A DNA stretch of 64,000 bases from Eledone cirrhosa. Taxonomy: Eukaryota. The translations under genes and the position numbers were made by a program. The stretch covers positions 163,680,001-163,744,000 of the forward strand of contig OZ024741.1 in NCBI GenBank assembly GCA_964016885.1, in the 5' to 3' direction. Shown here piece after piece: positions 28,906 to 41,327 of the stretch. The notes beneath the pieces are model-generated. The model was given only the letters and a program-made list of their open reading frames with translations. It was not told the DNA's origin and did no database searches. The stretch's first letter is position 1. Each line of letters starts with the position of its first letter.

Positions 28906-30384
28906 ATTATTACTAACCTCTGACGTGCCTGTTTTCTGTTCTCCCCCCCCCCCCAATAATCTATTGATTTACATTTAACACAATATATTACACTCTATCT
29001 CTTGCCTTTCCCTTCTTTTATCCTTTTTCTTTCTTTTCTTTTCTTTTCTTTTCTTTTCTTTTGTTTCATGAGTCTCTCGTGCTATAAAATCCCAATACGT
29101 TCTCCCTGAGGTCACATAACATTCTATATGTACTTGTTATAGATTAATTGCTATACATTATTGTTTTGTCTTGTCTCTTCCTCCATGGACAGCGCTTTGG
29201 CTTGTGTCAGACGCTGTGACCCCGATTGGACCAGCAGCACCGTTGGTAGAGGTCGAAACTGCCCAAATCCATCTCAACGGCTGAAGAATCTGGAGTTCTG
29301 TTTTTCGTTTGTATTTTTATTTTTAAAAAATAAAATTTTAAAAGATACCACTTCGAAAATTTATTTTTCGTTTTGCCTTGTTTTCCTTCATTGTCTTGAT
29401 TTCTCTTAATTAATTTTCTTAAGTTTATTATATATACTAGCAAAAAAACAAACCAGCGGGCGCTTTTCTGCTAACATAATTACTGTGCAAATTGATATTA
29501 TTACGCAAATATGCATATAGATATGATACGTAAATTGAAAAGTAAATTGTCTTCACTAGCGGTTCGCCTAACCGAGGTAACTGGTGATGCTCGTGGTTAT
29601 GATAGTTGTTCCAGCGCATCAGCCTCGCCATCACCCGAGGTAACGCGGCGATCGTGCTGGCTTGCCTCAAAGATTATTAGAGAGGGTTCTCAGTGCTCCT
29701 CGCAATATCGGTATCTTTTGTTCTGGTAGTGGTTCGTTTGTCCACCCCTTTCGCCTCCCTTTTCTTGTGTGGTCCTAGATGTGTGTATTACATGCTTGTG
29801 TGTGTTTTATTTTTTCCCTTTATTTTTTTTTTCTCATGTTTGTAAAACAATAAAATAAAACTACATTTTATAACAGTATTTAGACAACTGTTAATAAAAT
29901 CGTAATTGACAATATGCACAGAAATTGAACGAAGACTGTATTACACTTTCTTCTGTAATCAGTAAAGTAATCCATGATACATTTAAAAAAGATGGTATTA
30001 TCTTAAAACACTATTTGTTATGAAAATGATATAACGAACGGTGACGGAAGTGTTGACATTTGAAATTTTTAACAGAAGTGAATCTTGAAATAAGCAATAC
30101 ATTATATATAAGTATATTTATGTTTAATCAAGACGGAAGAAATTTAGCAGATACAATACATAATATTCATTCATCATTTATTCAAAGTAATCCAACTTAT
30201 TTGAATAACATGTTAAGAAAAAATAACTCTGACACAGTCTCGCAGTTCTCCAATCATTATATAATATATGTGTGTGTATATATACACACACACACATACA
30301 CACACACACACCCATATATATATATATATATACATATATGAAAAAGAACACAAGAGCGTCTACAACATCAAAAGATTTTTATTG

Positions 30385-30429
30385 GCTTACAATGTTTCTT
30401 CCTTACGTAACCGTAGGATTCGTCAGAGC
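30385..30429 (-). ncRNA. Type I hammerhead in a short Penelope-type remnant
   Basis: Minus: gct-CTGACGA-atcctacg gtta cgtaaggaa-GAAA-cattg-TA-agc (GUA site). Confidence 0.7.
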
Positions 30430-30923
30430 TATAAAAGGGGTTTGATTGGTGTTATAGACTCTACCAACCAAACATTCAAGAACAAAGAGTAAAGAGAGTA
30501 AAGAGCAAAAGTAGGGGACGATATATGCATACATATATGCATACATATCTGTGTGTGAGTGTGTAGGTATGAATTTTTAAGCACAATTATTCCAATTTTG
30601 ATAATTACAGCAAGAGATAGAGAACAGCTTTGTTCGGGGGAAACATTTTTAATTAACTCACATCACTTAATTAAAAATTTATAAAATGATCAACATATAA
30701 AATAGTCTTAAATTTGCACGAGAATTTTGCTTTAATCCTTTCATTGCCATATTTCTAATAAAAGACACTGCCTGTAATTTTCAAATAATTTTTAAAATAA
30801 TCAAGAATTTGGATGGATTTAGTAAAATAATTGTCTTATGAAGCTGAGGTTTGACACACACCTTAACAAATGTTTTTACAAAATCTTATTGTGGAAGTCT
30901 TTTAGATAAATGCAAACATTTAA

Positions 30924-31144
30924 CCCTTTAGCATTCACATTACTCTATATTTGCTATTGTATTTTCACAGAAAAGACTTTATCTTATATAATTATCTCAC
31001 ATAATATTGAATCTATGAGATTTTGATATTATTTATTTTGAGAACAATACCTCAACGTCAGTATGAGCCGTCGATTATGACCGGTTTAAAGAGAAAAAGG
31101 TGAAAACATTCTGGTCGGATATGGTCGGTTTAAATGCTAAAGGG
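30924..31144. mobile_element. piggyBac-like MITE
   Basis: ttaa-ccctttagcatt ... aatgctaaaggg TIRs. Confidence 0.7.
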
Positions 31145-31480
31145 TAGCTTTATATCCGAGAAGCTTATACAATTTCAATCAGATTGATATCCAAAGGTTT
31201 ATGTATGGGTTGTAATCATGTCTCAAGAACAGTGAGTAGATAGATCTTTTTACTACACCAACAGTTTCTGACATCGTTGTTTTTTTACATATGCACAATG
31301 CGGAGGTCTGTGAGGATATGCTGCTGGTCCGCAGAAAAATTTAGATATTATTTATGTTTTATTAATAATAAATCAAAAATAAAAATGGGGTTAAAAAATA
31401 TTTTAAAACGCCCCTAAAAATTATTTTAATAGATGCATTTCATATTAATAAAATGGGAGATATCTGATCATTATTTTACA

Positions 31481-31598
31481 AGAGTTCAAATCCCGCCGAG
31501 GTTAACTTTGTCTTTCATCCTTACAGGGTCGATAAAATAAAGTACCAGTAATGCACTGGGATAATTGCTGGCCTTGTGCCAAAAGTAGAAACAATTAT
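31481..31598 (+). mobile_element. Nin-core SINE, 5'-truncated, inside a probable hAT-like MITE ending ggttggccaccactg (~31703)
   Basis: Family match; hAT-like CAGTGG terminus on the minus strand. Confidence 0.75.
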
Positions 31599-32032
31599 TT
31601 TACAAATGTATTTATCATTTTAAAACGATTCATATTGTGGTCCAAGGGATTTAAAATTATGAATTTAGTGGTCCGTGAGGTCCGAAAGGTTGGCCACCAC
31701 TGCTTTAGATGATCAAGATGATGATGATTATGGTGCTGGTTGTAGTGGCGATAGTGATGACGATGGTGATGATAATGACGACGACAATGGCGACGACGAT
31801 AAAGAGGATGACTGATGATGATGTTGCCAAAAACAAAGACAAGTACAGCAATGACAATGATGATGATGATGGTGGTGATGTGCATCACGAAGTCAGCTTT
31901 CATTGAACAGATCTATCTTCAAAAGCATTCCAACATTTTTTTTTTAATTTAACTTCTTTTTATCATTGACCACCCAGCTATGCCTGCACCTATTCACGTT
32001 AAATGTTTCACTAATATTATTTTGGTATATAA

Positions 32033-32190
32033 AGAGGGTCGGACGCCATGCTTTGCAGCAAAGAGTTACGGTATATGAGTTCAAATCCCGCCGAGGTTAA
32101 CTTTGCCTTTCATCCTTACGGGGTCGATACAATAAAGTACCAGTAATGTACTGGGTAATTGCTGGCCTTGTGCCAAAAGTAGAAATAATT
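32033..32190 (+). mobile_element. Nin-core SINE, 5'-truncated
   Basis: Family match; TSD attattttggtatataaa. Confidence 0.85.
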
Positions 32191-32949
32191 ATTTTGGTAT
32201 ATAAATAAAGAATTTGAAGTGAATAATTGATACATTGAGTCATTCATTAAAGGTTTATAATGATGGGGGCTTTATTTCCTGGCGTGAGGGTGGGCAGAAT
32301 CTGACTAATTTTTCTTGAGGCTTCTAAGACACGAGAGAAATACACGGTGAGGAATTCACGGGTATTTACACCTCAATCGATAGATCAAATAAATCTATCG
32401 ATAAATCTGACAGGGATGACCGGGAGAACGACAATCCTAGGTGACGAGAACCATAAGCGGAAAGTGGATGTCCTGACCAATTTAGAAAGTTGATTTTTTA
32501 TCCATATGTGAGTCAGTGGATTATCCAAGTTGCTTTAGCCATGGGATGCTACTCTGATCGAGACTATAAGGTGGTTTTTTCACATTTATGTGGATCGATG
32601 GATTATATAATTCAAGTTGAATTGATATTTTAATTATAAATTGTTTTAATCATTGTTGTAATAGAAACTTATATTTATTGTGTTTTTAATTTTATGTTTA
32701 ACGCTATCTTAGTGCTGCATTTATAATCTTCATTTTATAACATCCTTAGCTCACCGTTTTTAAATACCTTTGGCCTATCCATCCTCACATGTTTCTGTAA
32801 CCCCCAAACCTTCTGTGTGTATGTATGTGAAGGTACTGTAATTCCCTACTCTCTATTCAATGTAAACCACATTTTGTGTTGTTTTTCGTTGCTATACTGT
32901 CGGAGCTCTTGTGATAAATAATACTATCCTCATTAATTCATCCTCGTAA

Positions 32950-33138
32950 TAATTGTTTCTACTTTTAGGCACAAGGCCAGCAATTATTCCAGTGCATTAC
33001 TGATACTTTATTTTGTCGACCCCGTAAGGATGAAAGGCAAAGTTAACCTCGGCGGTATTTGAACTCAGATCGTAAAGGGACGTAACTATGCTGAAAAGCA
33101 TGTCCGACCCTCTACCGATACTGCCAATCCACGGCCCT
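32950..33138 (-). mobile_element. Nin-core SINE
   Basis: Family match. Confidence 0.85.
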
Positions 33139-33199
33139 CATCACCGTAATAATAGAAATAATAATAATCATTATTATTTCTAAATTGGCTACTAGGGCT

Positions 33200-34800
33200 G
33201 AAACGTAGAGACCAAAACGAAAACAGGGACAGTGGGGATTTACAAATGGTTTGACTCACGAGTAAATAAAGCTATCATATTACAATTAACAATAAAATTA
33301 TAACAATAAAAATGTCTTAATAGCGGGGAGTACAGCCTAGGAGCAACTTAGGAACTCTACAAATCCTAAACCACCCGATATTCGAAGAGCACCATAGAAA
33401 GAGGCCCCCCCTCCCCACACACACACACTCTCTTTCTCGACAAGCTCCAGCCTACAGGCGCATGGTGAAAGTAGGCCCATCCACTCGGGCCATCTTCATC
33501 ACGTTCATCCACCTTTTAACAATTCTATTGGCGCCAGTACTTCACTCTCCATCCTCACATTCCTTTCCAGGTAGGTGGAAATTGAAAACACTGATGAGCA
33601 CTCGGCTCAAGAGGAAAGTATGTCTTCAGTCCTTTCAGCCAGGTTCACCACACAACCTCTCGTCGCTCTGCGCGTATCTCAGACAGCACCTTCTGGCAGC
33701 ACATCCGTGCCTGCATCGTTTGTCTCGAACCGGTCGGGCCTCCCGCTAACACTGCCAAGCCAGAGATTTCTGGAAATTGTCTATAGTCCCCGATGCAAAA
33801 TTTCTCCGGAACAGACTAGTTAGTATGAATTAATGGACATCCAGAGTGTCTCCGGAAACATAACCACACTCGCCAACCACTATTCATTTATAGAACGCTA
33901 GAGTGGAATTTCCACTGTTCCTTCCACAAGAGATTAAATAGCAGGTGCTCCAGTTTGGTGAAGTACGGACCGGCTAAAAGTACGAGGGGGAGGTGGTAAT
34001 AGATGATAGACGTGATGTACGCTTTTGTCACCTCTGTCTGGCCTTACATTCCATCGTCCAGGTTCTTATCCACGTGTAGCTCTTCTTTTGTAGCACTCCG
34101 CATGAGTCGCGGAGAGTCAAGGCAAGCCATAAAGTTAGGAATTGTAAACCGCTCTCATTTCCAGGTCCCCGACCGGTAGCGCAAAGTGCTGCTTAAAGTG
34201 TGCACACATCTGCTTGGAATCAAGCAGCACGTGCTCGTCACTGCCCTTCAAAGACCGAACTGTGGCTTTGTTTCCACGGTGCGGCTCTGCCACTCTGACC
34301 CATCTAATAGCTTTCGTTCCCTTGTTTCTTCGGACACGTACCTTAGGTCTGTTAATGGAAACTTCGTGATTCGCATTGAGGAAATGGTCAAGGACATCGG
34401 TTTTGATACCACTCCTAATTGCATATTCAAATGTAGCTAGTAAGCCTCCCTCCTTTTTATTTTTTCTATCGCTACTTCTTTACTAAATGCTATTGGTTTT
34501 ACTCTAATCACTCTTGGGAGAGTGCCCCACCTCCTGTTGTTGTCAACTGCCACTGCCAACTGGTGTTTAACTAATGTGTTAATAGGAAGATGGGGATGAA
34601 AAGGGAAGGGTTACACCCCAGTGCATCTGTTAAAAGGTAAGTGGATATAACGAGGATGGCCCAAGTGAATGGGCTAACTCTGAAGATGCGCTTGTAGGTT
34701 GGCGAATTCAGAGAGGAGAGGAGGCGCCCTCCTACAGTGTGATTAGTGTAGTTTAAGATCTGTGGGGTTCCTCTGGGTGGTACTCCCTCATTTGGGGAAA
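33200..34800 (-). mobile_element. Old, internally deleted Tx1-like LINE
   Basis: Minus translations IDNFQKSLAWQC*REARPVRDK and LLDSKQMCAHFKQHFA are homologous to ORF2 at 50399-53818. Confidence 0.75.
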
Positions 34801-34955
34801 TTTTATTGCTATCAATTTTCTGTTACTTGTTACCATTTTTTACACGTTTTTAAAACTATTGGTAAATGCCCACCGAGCCTTATTTTTGGGGATTGTTTTC
34901 TATATTTCGGCCCTAGAGACGAAAACCATTATTATTATTATTATACATTCAGCAC

Positions 34956-35090
34956 GAGCTCAAATCTTGCCGATGTTAACTTTGCCTTTCATCCATACGG
35001 AGTCGATCAAATAAAGCACCAGTAATGTACTGGCGTCGAATTTCCCCTCCCCCAAAATTGCTGGCCTTGTGCCTAAAGCAGAAATCGTTA
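34956..35090 (+). mobile_element. Nin-core SINE, 5'-truncated
   Basis: Family match. Confidence 0.8.
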
Positions 35091-36419
35091 TAATATATCT
35101 TCGGCAACATTAGTGGACGGCAAATACGATTCCTTGTAGTGGATAGTTACGTACATATGTTTTACTCTTTAGAAGCGATAAAACTAGTAATTGACAACGT
35201 ACTGCAATGAATTAAATCCCTCCCCCACGCCAATTCCTCTAAAATTCCTGACCTGCAAAGCTTCATATATAATTAAAATTATTATCACCAATATTTTAAC
35301 ATCCATAATCTCAAAATATTGATTTTTATTTTCTTGACATGACAATAACTTTATATTGGCAGTTTAAAATCTATTATCGTGTTGTTCTAGTATATAGCAA
35401 TTTATTACCTTTTTATAGACCCCCAGAGTGATGGCTGAAGGAATAAGGAGTTGGCTTAACACGCATGAGGTTTCGGGTTTGATCACACTGCGTTACATCT
35501 TATGGAAATATCTTTATCATAGCCTCGGATCAACCCAACCCTTGTATGTGAAATTTAGTAGACAGAAAGTGTATTGAAACTCGCCAGATGGAATGTATCT
35601 GGAATTTAAAGTTCATACAAACATAGACAGATGGTTAATGGACAGATTCTTTAGAAAATCAGGTAGAATGTTTTGTGGTATTCGATCCGGCTCTCTAGGC
35701 TTTGTATGTTCAAATCCAGCCGACGTATGTAAACATAGTGTCAGTCCAGTACTAAAAGCAATCTTTTCTATATATATATCTTTCTCACTTACGCTCTCTC
35801 TCCCTCTTTTTCTCTCTTTCTTTTTCCCTCTCTCTCATACGCTAGAATAAATTAGCTCAGTTCAGACCTAGAGAGTGGATGGGTTCCACCAGGTTTAAAG
35901 TGCCCAGAAGACTCTGTATGTCATGACGGTACCCCTGCGATTCTAACAGGGGTTACGGATACATGCATACATACATACACACATACATACATACATACAT
36001 ACATACATACATACATACATACATACATACATGGATGGCACTCCATCGGTTAAGACGACGAGTGTTCTGATCATCAGAACAGCCTGCTTGTGAAGTTGAC
36101 GTGCAAGTGGCTGAGAATTCCACAGACATGAGTACCCTCAACGTAACACTCAGGAAGATTCAGCGAGACACAAAATATGAAAAGACTAACCCTTCTACTT
36201 ACAGGTACAACTCATCTTTGCCAGCTTAGTGAACTGGAGCAACGTGAAATAAAGTGTCTTGCTCAAGCGTACAACATACCGCTTGAAATGAACTCACAAC
36301 CTTACAATTATGAGCCGAATATCCTAACCACAAAGCCCCGTTCCTTTACATACATATATGCATACATACATACATACATGCATACATACATACATACTTT
36401 ACATACATACGAACATACA

Positions 36420-36800
36420 TACACCAAATTTAAACACAACCAGCCTGATATTGTTGTTTGGGACTACACATTGAAAACGTACTCTGTTGTGGAGATCAGC
36501 TGCCCACTTGATGTAAACGTTCTGAGAAAAATACAAGAGAAGGAGGACATCTACGGACCATTAATGAGGAGTTTGCAGATTCAGTATCCAAGATAACACC
36601 TTCAGTTTTATACCGATCATTATTGGAACTACAGGTTATATACTAACCCGCTTGGACCAAAGTACAACTGAACTTGAATTTGTGGACAAAGATCGCAGCT
36701 CCCTAATTCATAGAATACAAATGGCCGCGATATCTGGCACGTTCAAAATTTGCAAAACATTCTTGCGATTCAAGGGATGACAATTTCTTTTCTTTTACAA
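36420..36800 (+). mobile_element. RLE-domain non-LTR retrotransposon 3' fragment (R2/R4-group)
   Basis: KHNQPDIVVWD..VVEISCP..KEDIY (PD-(D/E)xK-type RLE). Confidence 0.7.
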
Positions 36801-36879
36801 ACTTGCTACCAGGAAGGGGAAATTCTTTTCTTCATTTGTAAAATTTTGCTTGACTTGCAATTCAACAAAGGACGCCATA

Positions 36880-39800
36880 CATGTAAACAACACTGCCCCC
36901 CCCCCCCCCCCGGGAAAGTGAAAGAGAGAAACAAACAATTCGTCCCTGCTGAAATTTCCCTCCCCTCGCTTTTGCATACGAATATGGAAGCGAATTTAAC
37001 AAATAATTGTGAATATTTGGGAAATAACCCAAAAAATGATAAAGCTGAATCAAATGAAATTGCTAATTACACAAACACAAATAACACCAACACCAACACC
37101 AAATAAATTGAAAACAACAGCAACAACAATGAAAACAACCCAAACACCAACAGCGACAAGGAAAATAAAGAAGTATCCTTTGCACAGACAGTCAAAAATC
37201 GATAACCTATGTTCCAGAAGGTATAACAAACGCCAGAGACTGTTTGAAAGAGCAAAAAAATATGTAACTTTTGGCGAAAATGGAGCCTTTTCCATTAATT
37301 CGCCCCCAGAATTAAAAAAGCAAACCGAACGAAGAACTGGTTTTTTAGAACAATTGCCAACAAAACCAGAAAACCAGCTCAACCATCACAGAATGAGATT
37401 GAGCTGGTTCTAAAAGAGGCAATGAAAGACATCGTCTTCATCCAAAAGGATAGACTCTATGGGAGTCTATCCATACTGATGAAAGATGAATTGGCGGCGC
37501 AGAAATACTCTGTGTTGCCAATTCGTTCCACGGATTACACCTTTTTCCCAACTTACATGGGAAAAAGGACCCAAAGGATATGGATCAACACGATAATTCC
37601 AATTATTGACTATTGGTGGCTACTAACTGGGTTCCTCAACCTAGATTTCCCGGGACACGAAGAGGTAGGTGCCTTTTCTTTTTCTTCCCCTTCGACGCCA
37701 ACATGGCTGAATTGAGGGTAGGTTGTCTGAATGCGCGAGACCTGGGCTCATATTGGAAGCAAGCTAAACTTCTAAATGACCTCAGGTCACACTGTATAAA
37801 AGTGATGGCTGTTTGTGAGACCCGGATCAGCAGCGAGCGGCCAGCTAGCCCCCACCTTTGATGACTTTGAGATCCACGCATCTCTCTGTCAGCCGGGAGG
37901 TGGGGGTGGGGTTGTCGTTCTACTGCAAAAACATCTGGGTCTCGCAACGCAGACGGTGCACTTGGACCCGGAGGGTCGACTGGGGGTCCTAGACGTTGGC
38001 AGTAGTGAAGGTGGAGCCTTTAGACTGGTGGCCGTATATGCCCCTTTTGAGGCAGCGCGGCCGGACTTCTTCCAGCGTCTGAAGACTTTTCTAGGGACGT
38101 CCCGCTCCTTGCTTTTAGTGGGGGACTGGAATGGTATCCTAGATACACGTTGAGACTATGTAGGGACATGTCCCGACAGAGGGGGGTGTAACAGCCTCAA
38201 ACGGATAATTGGCCGATTTGACCTGGCCGATAGATATCGACTACATTTTCCGACTGTGCCAACCTGGACTTGGACTAACCTCAGCGGAAAATCTAGGTCG
38301 TACCTAGATAGGGTCCTAGTTAGAAATAAGGATAGGTACCTACTAAGTTGTCCAGAGATGCGCATGGTTGGCTATTCAGATCACAAATTAGTGATCTGCT
38401 TAGTCAACCTTGATAGACGCATAGACAGGGACCCGGTTACTGGAAGCTGAACTTGTCCTTACTGGCAAGTAAAGCTTATAGGGATCGGATTAGCGCTTTA
38501 GTTAAGGAACGGTTGACGTGGGCTATCGTCAACAGCAGGTGGTGGGGCTCTCTCAAGAGAGAGATTAGAGTAGTCTCGATAGGTTTTAGTAAGGAATTAG
38601 CCTCAGATAGGAATAGGAAGGTTGATATAGTAGAAGAGGCGATTAGAAGTAGCAACGTAGCCAGAGTGCTAGCGTCGAGAACGGCCTTAGACCAGTTTTT
38701 CGACGCGAAGCACGAAGGCTGCATTGTCAGGAGCAAAATACGTGCTTTAGGAAACGAGAGGGCTAAAGCTGTTAGCTGGGCCCGCGTGAGATAAGGCGAA
38801 AGTGGAATTAAATCCACTATCCGGTTTTTGAAGGACCAGGATAGACGGGTGATCCTTGAACCTGGACAGATGTGTGAGGCCTTTCAAAGGCATTTTGCAC
38901 GACTGTTCGGCAGGGGCGGAGCCGAAGGGGGGGGGGGGGATTTCGGTCCATACCTCGACGGCCTACCGTGTCTTTCGAACGAGGAGGCGAAGTCCTACGA
39001 AAGGCCGATTTCAGCTGCTGAAATAGGGGACGTGCTGAGCCAATGCGGCTAACGCAAATCCCAGGGTGTCGATGGTCTTCCATACGAACTTTATGTAGCG
39101 ATGCCGGACCTTTTCTCCGATCTCCTCGAGGCGGTCTACTTCAACTGGCAACAGAACGAGAGAATTCCCTGTTCTGTAACCAAGGGCGTAGTTTCGCTAG
39201 TGAGGAAGGACGAGGACAAGGGGAATGAAATAAGTAATTTCAGGCCCATAACTCTGCTAAATGCGGAGTTAATTATTTTGGCCATGGTGTTAGCAAAGAG
39301 GTTGGCGCTTGTCGTGGGCAACCTGATGGGAGATGCGCAGACATGCGCTACCCGTCCAGGTCCATTCACGACAACCTCCACCTCATGCGATACATCATAG
39401 AGAGGGTTGGGAATGAACCCGGCTTTGGTGGGGCCCTGATCAAGTTGGGTCAATCTAAGGCGTTCGATAGGGTCGACCATGGTTACCTGGATGCGGTGCT
39501 AGCGGCGGCAGGTTTCGGACCCGTTTTCTGGGGTGGATTATTGCCATGCACAGCAGCCGCATCTGCTCGGGGGTCAAGGTGAACGGCTACCCCTCGGAGC
39601 CGTTCCCAATCGCGCTGTCCATCCGTCAGGTGTGCCCTCTCTCCTCCCTTCTGTATGTGCTGGCTCTCGAGCCACTGCTCCGGAAGTTGGAGTTGTTGCA
39701 GGGCATCCTCTTGGAACCGGGATTGCGGAAAGCGGTGCCGGCTTACGCCGACGAGGTGACATTAGTGGTGTCGACGGCCTCGGAAATCGGGGCGATCGGC

Positions 39801-41327
39801 ACCTTACTGGAGGAATACGAAAGGTTTACAACTCGGCGCGTGGAGGGGAAAACCGATGCTCTCTGGCGGCGTCGTCGGACGCTGGACGGAGAGCCCGGTG
39901 AAGCTGCTCGGGGTTTGGTTCGGACCAGACCTCCAGGTTGAGAAGAACTGGGGTGAGGTAACGAACAGGGTGTTTGCACTGGCCCAGAAGTGAGCCAAGT
40001 GCAAACTATCCCTGAAAGGTCGGGCGGAGGTGGCGAACGCTTATATAGCGTCCGTCATCTATTACCGCTTGACTGTGCCTTGCCCAGGTGAAACGCTCAC
40101 CAACATGGAGTGCACACTCTTCCAATTCCTTTGGAAGAAGCGGGCTCCTTTGGTGAGGAGATCCATCTGCTCTCAACACCCTTCGAAAAGAGGGCTGGGG
40201 ATGCCGTGGCTGCAGATGTGTAAATACGCATTAAGGCTACGGCACATCCAGGTATTCCTCAGCGGTCAACCGGTGTGGGCCCCGTTTGTGAGGCGAGCCT
40301 TTCCGAGACTCGTCTCGCTTACCGAGCTGCAATCCTGGATCAAGCAAAGGCTGAGAAAACTGGGCGCCTGGCACACGGAGTGTGCTCAGGCGCTCACGGC
40401 TCTCTGGCAGGCGGACCCAGCTATCAGTGGAGACTCTACCTCGACATTCTATAGAGGGTTAGTCAGCAGCAGGTGCGACGACACCCTCGGAGTAGCCCTA
40501 GGCATGGAAGGGAAAGAACTGGCCAGTCTGTTCGGTAGGACATTTTGCCCGGGAACAATGGACAACTTCCAGAATTCCCTGGCCTGGCAGTGCTACCGTG
40601 GGGCTCCACCCGTTTGAGACAAGCTCTACAGACACGGGTGCCCGGGTAGGGACCCATCGAAAAAGAACTGTCCGAGATGCATGCGCTACGAGGAAACCGT
40701 CGCGCTCGCATTGGTACATTGCCCGGGCGTTGCCGACCTGTGGGGCTATGTGGAACGATTGCTGTCAGCGGTGGGACCAATCCGGTTGACCACCGAGTCC
40801 ATTGTTACGATCAAACCGCCTCCCGCCTTCAAAAACGAATGAGAAGCGGTCTTCCTCTGTGTAATATCCATGGTGAAAGAGGTTGTATGGTGGACGCGTT
40901 TGAAAGGGCTGAGATCGGGCACCTTCCTCTCCAGCCAACAACTGGTCCTTTTCTTCCGATATCATTTCGGAAGAAGCATCAGGATGGAGAGAGAGAGGGG
41001 CTCCACCCCAGCCAGTTTTATGAAAGGTGGGTGAAAGTGGAGAGAATGGCCCGTGTGAATGTGCCTTCTCTCTATATCAGCCTACAGGTGGAAAGAATAG
41101 TAGACGGGAGCACCCTCTCTTTGTGCTCCTGGGGAGAAGGGTGGCACACTTTTTCGGGGGTTGGTGCGACCCCCCAAAACGCCTCCTCCCTATTGAGGAC
41201 TTTATTGTTAATTTTATATTTGTTATTTGTTTTTTACTCGTTATTTTGTGTAACACCCCCCCCCCCCCCTTGTATTTGTCCCCTTCTTTTGTGACCTTGT
41301 GGCAATAAATACAAATTTATCTATCTA
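36880..41327 (+). mobile_element. Tx1/L1-clade LINE, decayed (ORF1 remnant; ORF2 APE-RT from ATG 37703)
   Basis: MAELRVGCLNAR, AVYAP, GDWN, YLDR, SDH, NFRPITLLN, SKAFDRV, YADE; ends aataaatacaaatttatctatcta. Confidence 0.9.

Noticed and set aside
29434-29850. Helitron/Helentron-like start (tatactag...)
   Set aside because: Diagnostic subterminal repeats and 3' hairpin not identified
29900-30260. Possible coding exon (ORF 30060-30341)
   Set aside because: No recognisable motif or splice sites; AT-rich chance ORF
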